A program made the translations under genes and the position numbers. Positions 56,257 to 64,000 of a stretch of DNA of 64,000 bases are shown here, one piece after another. Source of the stretch: a virus; IMG/VR virus record IMGVR_UViG_3300025141_000030. One strand, given 5' to 3'. The notes under the pieces are model-generated. The model was not told the origin of the DNA, did no database searches, and saw only the letters and a program-made list of their open reading frames with translations. Numbering within the stretch: the first letter of the stretch is position 1; every line of letters begins with the position of its first letter.

Positions 56257-56987
56257 GAATTATTCCTATTAGTGACCTTCATGTTGACAAGATGAGGCCA
56301 GGGACGTTGGAGGAGATGATCGAGGCCATTCCCGGCGATATTGATGTGCTAGTTGTCGCCGGAGATGTGAGTGATTCTGCAGGAAGAGTCCCGTCTCTTT
56401 TTCAGGCGCTGTGTGGGCGATTTAAAGATGTCATTTATGTCCTGGGTAATCACGAGTATTACCACAACTCAGTTGAGGATTTACGCGGTATAATGAGCGG
56501 ACTGGTCGATACATACACTAATCTTCACTGGCTGGATAATAGCACCGTAACTTTGGGTGGCGTTAGGTTTGTTGGGTCCACGCTTTGGTTCCCATTTCAG
56601 GAAGCGAACAAGGCATACGAGCGACCTATGAGTGATTTTGGTCAAATTCCAGAATTTCGTGAGTGGGTGTATCAGGAGAATCGAAAGGCGCGGGATTTTT
56701 TACAGGATACGATCAGGTCAGATGATGTGGTGATTACTCACTTCTTGCCAAGCGATCGATCTGTGGCACACCAGTACATGGCATCGCCATTTAACAGGTT
56801 TTTTGTGTGCTCAATGGATAGCCTGATTGAGGAGGTGCAGCCTCGATACTGGATTCACGGCCACACCCACTCTGCCTGCCTCTATAAAATTAATAAAACG
56901 AGTGTGGTGTGTAACCCTTTTGGGTATGAAATAATAGATGAGGTTAGCGGTTTTTGTCCGTGGTTGATCCTGGAGATTGAAGTATGA
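56253..56987 (+). CDS. Calcineurin-like metallophosphoesterase
   Basis: SDLH, AGD, GNHE, THFLP and HGHTH. Confidence 0.9.
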   Translation: MRIIPISDLHVDKMRPGTLEEMIEAIPGDIDVLVVAGDVSDSAGRVPSLFQALCGRFKDVIYVLGNHEYYHNSVEDLRGIMSGLVDTYTNLHWLDNSTVTLGGVRFVGSTLWFPFQEANKAYERPMSDFGQIPEFREWVYQENRKARDFLQDTIRSDDVVITHFLPSDRSVAHQYMASPFNRFFVCSMDSLIEEVQPRYWIHGHTHSACLYKINKTSVVCNPFGYEIIDEVSGFCPWLILEIEV

Positions 56988-57991
56988 TAAGTGCAATTTG
57001 TTTCGACGATGTTTTACTGGTACCACAAATGTCCACAATTAAATCTAGGGCAGAGATTGATATTGGGTCTAGCTTGGATAGCAATATTCGACTTGATATT
57101 CCCATAATTTCTAGCCCTATGGACACTATTAGTACATCACCAATGGCCTCGGCCATGGACAGCCTGGGCGGTATGTCAATTATTCATCGCTATAATTCAA
57201 TAGACACCCAGTGTCGACATGTTGAGTGCCTGCCAGCCGATCTTGCCGTTGGAGCAGCTGTTGGTGTCAGTGGTGATTATATTGAGCGGGCTACCGCGCT
57301 TTATGATGCCGGCGCCCGAATTCTATGTGTGGACATTGCCCATGGTCACCACATCCTTATGAAGAAGGCACTTATTTCTTTGCGTGAAATTTTTGGCGAT
57401 GTGGTGCATCTAATGGCAGGCAATGTAGCCACGCTGGAAGGATTTAATGACCTTGCTGATTGGGGAGCCGATTCTATTCGGGTGGGAATAGGAGGCGGAA
57501 GCATATGCTCCACCCGCACACAGACAGGCCATGGTATGCCAACGCTAGAGTCGATTATGAGGTGTGCTCAGTCAGATCGAAATGTAACACTAATTGCTGA
57601 TGGCGGCCTTAGGACATCAGGGGATATTGTAAAGGCCTTGGCGGCTGGTGCTGACTTTGTCATGCTGGGATCCATGCTCGCTGGAACAGAGGAGTCCCCT
57701 GGTGAAATGATTGTTGTGAACGGGGAGGCACGAAAGGTCTATCGTGGAATGGCGAGTAAGGACGCGCAGATTGATTGGCGTGGCCACACTGCATCGATCG
57801 AGGGGGTCTCTTCCACTGTTCCTTATCGTGGGAGTGTTCGAGGTCGTATTGATGAGATCTGCACCGGGATACGTAGCGGCCTGTCATACGCAGGGGCTCG
57901 GAACATTTCAGAATTGCAGGCGAAGGCCCAGTTTATGAATCAGTCCTCCTCAGGAACGAGGGAGGGGCTTACCCACATTAATTTGCGATGA
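56984..57991 (+). CDS. IMP dehydrogenase/GMP reductase family protein (no CBS domains)
   Basis: [35 protein letters not shown] and YRGMAS. The flap lacks the IMPDH RY dyad, which suggests GMP reductase. Confidence 0.9.
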   Translation: MISAICFDDVLLVPQMSTIKSRAEIDIGSSLDSNIRLDIPIISSPMDTISTSPMASAMDSLGGMSIIHRYNSIDTQCRHVECLPADLAVGAAVGVSGDYIERATALYDAGARILCVDIAHGHHILMKKALISLREIFGDVVHLMAGNVATLEGFNDLADWGADSIRVGIGGGSICSTRTQTGHGMPTLESIMRCAQSDRNVTLIADGGLRTSGDIVKALAAGADFVMLGSMLAGTEESPGEMIVVNGEARKVYRGMASKDAQIDWRGHTASIEGVSSTVPYRGSVRGRIDEICTGIRSGLSYAGARNISELQAKAQFMNQSSSGTREGLTHINLR

Positions 57992-58251
57992 ACAAGCGGT
58001 GGAAAGTCTATATAGTTTGTTGTGCTGACAACTCGCTGTACACAGGTATTACGGTGGATCTTGACAGAAGGTTGAAGGCCCACAATTCAGGTCGCGGCTC
58101 TAAATATACACGCAGCAGAAGGCCGGTGACTTTAGTTTATGTGGGGCCTGTTGTCGAGCAAGGTGATGCCTTGAGGGAGGAAAAGAGAATTAAATCTTTA
58201 ACTAGGGCTCAAAAATTAATGATAATAAAGGAATATTCCGAGGAGGAATAA
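57988..58251 (+). CDS. GIY-YIG nuclease (YhbQ-like)
   Basis: VYIVCCADNSLYTGIT, RR...HN.G.GSKYTR.RRP and A...E..IK. Confidence 0.88.
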   Translation: MNKRWKVYIVCCADNSLYTGITVDLDRRLKAHNSGRGSKYTRSRRPVTLVYVGPVVEQGDALREEKRIKSLTRAQKLMIIKEYSEEE

Positions 58252-59183
58252 TGGCAATTGATAAGCACTTTTATAACGAAGCATCCGCTGCGAAGCTCAG
58301 CTGGGATCCCTCTTGGTTTGGTGAGGAAGAGTTTGGAGAAGAGCTGATAAAGGCAGTTAAAAAGTTTCAGCGGTCTCACGGCCTCACTGCTGACGGGCTA
58401 GTTGGACCAGTAACATATCGACGTATCTGGACCGATCGAGAGGCAAACATTAGCGCTACATCTGCCGGGCCATCTGGCAGGCTGATGAGGGTTTCTTCCA
58501 ATAATCACATTGTGCACAATGGCAATCTTTATCCTATTGACTGGGATGCCGTTGTGCTGTGGGATGAGGCTGATGGACTGACCACGAAGGAGGGTCAGTA
58601 CTACTCTTACGCTGGAAAGCCCGATCGAAAGCCAACACTTTTTGTCAATCATTGGGACGTTTGTTTATCATCCAAGTCCTGCGCTAAGGTGCTTGCACAG
58701 CGCGGCATATCAATTCATTTTTGTATTGATAATGATGGCACCATTTATCAGCTTTTAGATACCCAGCACGGCGCCTGGCATGCCGGAGGTCGTTCTTGGA
58801 ATCAATCGAGTATCGGTGTGGAGATTAGTAACGCGTACTATCTTAAGTACCAACAGAACTATGTGAAGATGGGATTTGATGAGCGACCGCTTGTTGAGGG
58901 AGCCACATGCCATGGTCAAAATATGAAGCCGTTTACAGACTTTTATCCAGTTCAGCTGGAGGCGCTAAAGGCGCTTTGGGTCGCCGTTCACAATGCAGTT
59001 GGCATTCCGCTTGAGTGCCCAACTGATGATGATGGCAAGCTTGTGACAACAGTAGATGCAGATAGCATTAATAATAAATTTGAAGGTTTCGTTAACCATT
59101 ACAATCTTACACGTAAAAAGATTGACTGCGCAGGCCTTGACCTAGTTGGTTTGCTGCAGCAGGCCAAGGCAATGAAAGGATGA
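58251..59183 (+). CDS. Endolysin: peptidoglycan-binding domain plus N-acetylmuramoyl-L-alanine amidase (Amidase_2)
   Basis: AVKKFQRSHGLTADGLVGPVT (PG_binding_1), NHWD, HFCIDNDGTIYQL, AWHAG, SIGVEI and NH......KIDC. Confidence 0.88.
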   Translation: MAIDKHFYNEASAAKLSWDPSWFGEEEFGEELIKAVKKFQRSHGLTADGLVGPVTYRRIWTDREANISATSAGPSGRLMRVSSNNHIVHNGNLYPIDWDAVVLWDEADGLTTKEGQYYSYAGKPDRKPTLFVNHWDVCLSSKSCAKVLAQRGISIHFCIDNDGTIYQLLDTQHGAWHAGGRSWNQSSIGVEISNAYYLKYQQNYVKMGFDERPLVEGATCHGQNMKPFTDFYPVQLEALKALWVAVHNAVGIPLECPTDDDGKLVTTVDADSINNKFEGFVNHYNLTRKKIDCAGLDLVGLLQQAKAMKG

Positions 59184-59184
59184 T

Positions 59185-60756
59185 ATGATTACAGTAACAG
59201 GGGATAATGTTTATCCAGAAATTTTAACACGAGAGGCGTTGGTCTTTCTTGAGTCGCTGCATACTATGTTCATGCCTATTAGAAATGAGCACCTTACCAC
59301 CCGTGCTGAACTAGCGCAGCATCGCAGGACCACAGGATCGGGCCTAGATTTTCCATTTGTTACTGCAGGTGTTCGATCAGCCGACTGGAAGTGCGCCCCC
59401 ATCCCACCAGACCTCCGCGACCGCCGTGTCGAGATTACCGGTCCCACTGATCGAAAGATGGTTATAAATGCCTTAAATTCAGGAGCCAAGGTATTCATGG
59501 CGGACTTTGAGGACTCTTTGTCACCTACGTGGAGCAATGTCATGGAGGGCCAGGTTAATTTACGTGATGCCGTTAGGGAGACTATCACATATGAGCATCC
59601 TACCAAAGGAACGTACAAGCTGCAGGACTCGCCTGCCGTTTTAATGGCCCGTCCTCGAGGCCTCCACCTGTTAGAGGAAAATATCTGCGTTGACGATGAG
59701 CCGATGTCGGCCAGCCTTGTTGACTTCGGGCTTTACTTTTTTCATAACACACAGGCCTTAATTGAAAAAGATTCTGGTCCGTATTTTTACCTACCTAAGC
59801 TTGAATCGGCCGGCGAGGCTAATCTATGGAACTGCATATTTGAGTATGCTCAGGACTACCTGGGTGTTCCCCGAGGAACTATTCGGGCGACCGTGTTGAT
59901 TGAGACGCTTCCAGCTGCCTTCGAGATGGAGGAAATTTTATATGCTCTGCGCGATCACTCTGCTGGTCTTAACTGCGGCCGCTGGGATTACATCTTCAGC
60001 TATATAAAGACCGTCGGCCATGACCCAAGGTATATCTTGCCGGATCGATCTCAGGTGACAATGACGTCTCCCTTTATGGACGCTTACGTTCGTAAGCTTA
60101 TTGACACCTGCCACCGTCGCGGAGTGCATGCCATGGGAGGCATGGCAGCTCAGATTCCTATTAAGAACGATCCCCAGGCTAATAGGTTGGCTTTGGAGGC
60201 TGTGAGTCGTGACAAGTCTCGCGAGGTTAACATGGGCCATGATGGGACATGGGTCGCTCATCCTGCGCTGGTTTCGCTAGCCACAGAGATTTTTGACTCG
60301 GCGATGCCCTCTCCTAACCAGATAAGCGTACCCACAGCTGCAGACATTATTGCTGTGTCAGCTTCTGACTTGGTTTCACCAGCTACGGGTACCTCTACTC
60401 GCGAGGGATTAATTAAGAACATTGACATTGCATTGCGATATATAGAATCGTGGCTGCGAGGAGCCGGGTGTGTTCCGCTTTATAACATGATGGAAGACGC
60501 AGCTACAGCCGAGATATCCCGAGCCCAGATCTGGCAGTGGGTATATCATGGATTGACGCTGGATTCTGGTGAGCTAGTCACAATGAAACTTGTCAATGAT
60601 TACATTGCTGATATTGTTGGTAAAATTCAAAATGAGCATAAAAACTTTTTAGAAAGCAGGATCGAGGATGCAGCCTGGATTCTTCGGGAGACTACCCTTG
60701 CTAGTGAGATGACTCCCTTTTTAACACTTGAAGCATATGAAATGCTGGAGAACTGA
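59185..60756 (+). CDS. aceB: Malate synthase A
   Basis: DRRVEITGP, MADFED, RPRGLH, YFYLPKLES, LIETLPA, GLNCGRWDYIFS, GGMAA, DGTWVAHP and MEDAATAEISR. Confidence 0.97.
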   Translation: MITVTGDNVYPEILTREALVFLESLHTMFMPIRNEHLTTRAELAQHRRTTGSGLDFPFVTAGVRSADWKCAPIPPDLRDRRVEITGPTDRKMVINALNSGAKVFMADFEDSLSPTWSNVMEGQVNLRDAVRETITYEHPTKGTYKLQDSPAVLMARPRGLHLLEENICVDDEPMSASLVDFGLYFFHNTQALIEKDSGPYFYLPKLESAGEANLWNCIFEYAQDYLGVPRGTIRATVLIETLPAAFEMEEILYALRDHSAGLNCGRWDYIFSYIKTVGHDPRYILPDRSQVTMTSPFMDAYVRKLIDTCHRRGVHAMGGMAAQIPIKNDPQANRLALEAVSRDKSREVNMGHDGTWVAHPALVSLATEIFDSAMPSPNQISVPTAADIIAVSASDLVSPATGTSTREGLIKNIDIALRYIESWLRGAGCVPLYNMMEDAATAEISRAQIWQWVYHGLTLDSGELVTMKLVNDYIADIVGKIQNEHKNFLESRIEDAAWILRETTLASEMTPFLTLEAYEMLEN

Positions 60757-60763
60757 CTAAGAA

Positions 60764-62008
60764 ATGACTGACAGATGGAACGGGATTAAAAGGGATTACA
60801 CGGAGGAGGATGTAAATCGCCTGCGTGGAAGCATTAGGGTTGAGCACACTCTTGCTCGAAGGGGTGCCATACGCCTTTGGCAGGCGATGACATCAGGTGC
60901 GACTGTTCGTGCCTTAGGAGCCCTGACTGGTAATCAGGCTGTTCAGCAGGTGCGCGCCGGCCTTGGAGGTGTTTATGTTAGCGGGTGGCAGGTTGCTGCT
61001 GACAATAATCTTTCTGGTCACATGTACCCGGATCAGAGTCTTTATCCTGCCAACAGCGTTCCTAACCTTGTCAAGAAAATAAATCAAGCGCTGCAGCGTG
61101 CTGATCAGGTCGAGAGCTCGGAAGGCGAAGTAAGTCGAGATTGGTTTGCCCCTATCGTCGCTGATGCCGAAGCAGGCTTTGGCGGACCGCTCAATGCCTT
61201 TGAGATGATGAAGGGCATGATCGAGGCCGGAGCTGCCGGCGTTCACTTTGAGGATCAGCTAAGCTCTGAAAAGAAGTGCGGCCACCTCGGCGGCAAGGTG
61301 CTAGTTCCAACATCCCATTTTATTCGCACCCTGAAGGCTGCCCGCCTTGCTGCTGATGTCATGGACGTCCCGTCCGTTTTAATTGCGCGCACTGATGCCA
61401 ACAGCGCCAAGCTTTTGACTTCCGACGTGGATGAGAGGGATCGCCGATTTATTACGAGAAGTGGAGGCACCCTTGATCGGACTCCGGAAGGATTTTATAG
61501 GATAACAGGCGGACTAGATGTGGCGATCGCACGTGGCCTAGCCTACGCGCCGTATGCTGACATGATCTGGTGTGAAACATCAACACCCAGTATAGAAGAG
61601 GCACGCCAATTTGCTAGCGCAATTCATGAAAGATTCCCCGGGAAGATGTTGGCATACAACTGCTCGCCTTCATTTAACTGGTCAAAACACCTGAAAGCCC
61701 CTGAGATTCGTACATTCCAGGATCAGCTTGCTGAAATGGGATACATGTTTCAGTTCGTGACATTGGCTGGGTTTCATTCCCTTAACATGGGAATGTTTGA
61801 GCTGGCCAGAAATTATGAGAGCACTGGGATGAAGGCATATTCAGAACTTCAAAATCATGAGTTCAATCAGGCGCATCTCGGCTACACGGCCGTTAAGCAC
61901 CAGCGCGAGGTTGGGACTGGTTACTTTGATGATGTCTCTAACGTGATATCAGGAGGCACATCTTCTACTACTGCTATGGCTGAATCTACTGAGTCGGAGC
62001 AATTCTGA
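60764..62008 (+). CDS. aceA: Isocitrate lyase
   Basis: [48 protein letters not shown] and HQREVG. Confidence 0.97.
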   Translation: MTDRWNGIKRDYTEEDVNRLRGSIRVEHTLARRGAIRLWQAMTSGATVRALGALTGNQAVQQVRAGLGGVYVSGWQVAADNNLSGHMYPDQSLYPANSVPNLVKKINQALQRADQVESSEGEVSRDWFAPIVADAEAGFGGPLNAFEMMKGMIEAGAAGVHFEDQLSSEKKCGHLGGKVLVPTSHFIRTLKAARLAADVMDVPSVLIARTDANSAKLLTSDVDERDRRFITRSGGTLDRTPEGFYRITGGLDVAIARGLAYAPYADMIWCETSTPSIEEARQFASAIHERFPGKMLAYNCSPSFNWSKHLKAPEIRTFQDQLAEMGYMFQFVTLAGFHSLNMGMFELARNYESTGMKAYSELQNHEFNQAHLGYTAVKHQREVGTGYFDDVSNVISGGTSSTTAMAESTESEQF

Positions 62009-62017
62009 GAGTGTATA

Positions 62018-63712
62018 ATGCAACACAATTCGAGGCCTTTTGATGTTCGTTATTTAACGAACCCACCACAGGTCGAGCTAAGGTCGCTGGCCCTTGATCA
62101 CACTCCTTGTGTTTTTGAGACAGCCTACGGCAATATTATGAAGGTGAGCCGGAATAAGGCTCGAATGGCTAAGTATACCTACGTCATAGATAGCTTAGAT
62201 AATTCCTATCTTTATTCACACCAGGTCATGGAGCGCCCTCAAGCTGACGCTCTTATTGATAGGCAGCGCCAGTATATCGAGGCCCGTGGTGAGCTGATCG
62301 ATATCCGGGGCTCTTTGGGGGTAGGTTCGAGAGCTGTGCCGGTGCAGTGGCTTTACACACTCGAGGCTGCCAACATTGCGGGCATGCAGGCACATATGAC
62401 ATTCTTGGATAGCAGCGCTGCTCCTGATCCTACATTTCAGATAATTTATACGCCAGGCCTCCAGCTTGAAGATATGCCAGGTGGCCAAGTCATATTGGTG
62501 GATTTGGCAAATTACATCACGTACATCATCGGGCCCGATTATTTTGGTGAGTCTAAGAAGGCAGCACTGCGTATGCTCAATGACTACGTTTATGAGAGAG
62601 GTGGCCTTGTGCTTCATGCAGGTGCTAAGCTTGTAGAAAAGGATGGTGAGCGCATGACAATGACAATCATGGGCTTATCTGGCACTGGGAAGACGACGAC
62701 AACATTTTCACGCCAGGGTGATTTAACGCAGCCAATTCAGGACGATATGGTCGCGATCTGGCCCGAGGGAGAGATGTCAGTTACAGAGTCCGGGTGTTTT
62801 GCCAAGACATTTGGACTGACTCGATCAGCTGAGCCAGTTATTTATGATGGCACTTTAGATCCATCGGCTTGGGTAGAAAATACTTTTATTGACGAAGTCG
62901 GCCGGTTTGATTTTCACAAGACAGCTATGAATAAGTTTGATGTCCATCGCTTTAGGGCCGTCTTAAATTTAACCGGTTTTGACGATGATAAAATCGAGGC
63001 ATTTCTTTCTGGTGAGATAGATCGAGAGTGTGTAGTCGATAATACAGGTGTGCTTGAGGATGGGTGGGAATTTATTGATTGGACTCAAAACGGTCGGTCT
63101 GTTATACCCATGTCGGTCATCGAGAATGTAGCTGACCTTACCAATATTCCCAGCGTCTCCAGCATGGGTATTTTAAACAGAGATGAAGGCACCGATGCCG
63201 GCACCCCAGGCATTGTAAGGTTTTCAAGTCCGGATCAGGCAGCAGCCTATTTTATGTTGGGGGAGACCACGAAGACCTCGGCAGCCGGTAAGGAAGTGGG
63301 CAAGACACGGTCTCCCTTCACACAGCCGTTTTTTCCCCGATCTTTCGGCCTTCAAGCTAGCAGGTTTTCTGAGCTGGTGGCATCGATGCCGTCTACGAGC
63401 TTGTGGATGATGAACACGGGATATGTAGGATCCAATATTAAGGTGAAGATTCGTCACTCCTCAGCTATGCTGGAGGCGCTTTTGGCGGGCAATATTGCCT
63501 GGAAGACCGATCCTGATTTTGGCTATGACATTGTGGACATAGATTCCCCGGCTAATGTCGACCTCCTCGCCACCGTCCCGGCTGAGATATTAAATCCCAC
63601 CCTCGCTATTGAGGAAGAGATATACCGGGACTGGGTTGAACGAATGAAAAAAGATCGCCGTGAGTTTCTACGATCTCATAATGTCGCCGCGACTATTATT
63701 AATACAATTTAA
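62018..63712 (+). CDS. pckA: Phosphoenolpyruvate carboxykinase (ATP-dependent), divergent
   Basis: YFGESKK, LHAG, GLSGTGKTT, QDD, E.GCFAKT, ENT, NGR, PFF and NTG. Confidence 0.88.
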   Translation: MQHNSRPFDVRYLTNPPQVELRSLALDHTPCVFETAYGNIMKVSRNKARMAKYTYVIDSLDNSYLYSHQVMERPQADALIDRQRQYIEARGELIDIRGSLGVGSRAVPVQWLYTLEAANIAGMQAHMTFLDSSAAPDPTFQIIYTPGLQLEDMPGGQVILVDLANYITYIIGPDYFGESKKAALRMLNDYVYERGGLVLHAGAKLVEKDGERMTMTIMGLSGTGKTTTTFSRQGDLTQPIQDDMVAIWPEGEMSVTESGCFAKTFGLTRSAEPVIYDGTLDPSAWVENTFIDEVGRFDFHKTAMNKFDVHRFRAVLNLTGFDDDKIEAFLSGEIDRECVVDNTGVLEDGWEFIDWTQNGRSVIPMSVIENVADLTNIPSVSSMGILNRDEGTDAGTPGIVRFSSPDQAAAYFMLGETTKTSAAGKEVGKTRSPFTQPFFPRSFGLQASRFSELVASMPSTSLWMMNTGYVGSNIKVKIRHSSAMLEALLAGNIAWKTDPDFGYDIVDIDSPANVDLLATVPAEILNPTLAIEEEIYRDWVERMKKDRREFLRSHNVAATIINTI

Positions 63713-63715
63713 ACC

Positions 63716-64000
<285 letters not shown>

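Noticed and set aside
57988-58251. GIY-YIG homing endonuclease or intron
   Set aside because: 87-aa stand-alone YhbQ-type protein without DNA-binding extensions; the flanking genes are uninterrupted.

Overview
This gene-dense 64 kb window is almost entirely on the + strand. It is best explained as part of a very large (jumbo/huge) tailed bacteriophage genome; this is an inference, because no terminase, portal or major capsid gene is recognisable here. Support: bacterial Shine-Dalgarno sites, overlapping stop/start junctions, many small orphan ORFs, a stand-alone DnaE, a short sigma70, a 5'-3' exonuclease, a peptidoglycan amidase, three giant Ser/Gly/Thr-rich fibre-like proteins, and no ribosomal or cell-division operons. 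Layout: (i) 0.2-6.7 kb, a DNA-repair/pyrimidine-nucleotide cluster (MBD4-type glycosylase, Fpg/Nei, two all-alpha NTP pyrophosphatases, one fused to a HAD domain, an NDT/Rcl-fold protein, glutamine synthetase II, a ThyX-fold protein with an altered active site, a dNMP kinase); (ii) 6.7-23 kb, an IS607-like HTH gene with a palindromic operator candidate, followed by modular fibre-like genes; (iii) 23-30 kb, a J-domain protein, DnaE, thymidine kinase, a DHH phosphoesterase and dCMP deaminase; (iv) 30-54 kb, many acidic proteins sharing an N-terminal amphipathic '...L/I-x-E' leader, mixed with SOD, pterin dehydratase, GroEL, sigma factor, phosphomannomutase, a nucleotidyltransferase and an EF-hand-SET protein; (v) 54-64 kb, a helicase, an IMPDH/GMPR, an endolysin, an aceB-aceA-pckA glyoxylate/gluconeogenesis cassette and the start of dnaK. 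Two recurrent intergenic motifs, TGTA[AC]n-N16-TAnnnT and nTATTTA, separate replication genes from structural/cargo-like genes. The best candidates for new biology are a possible ThyX-fold modified-pyrimidine pathway, a putative capsid-targeting leader attached to enzymes, and the phage-borne glyoxylate shunt plus PEPCK. All family calls come from motif recognition by eye; no database searches were run.
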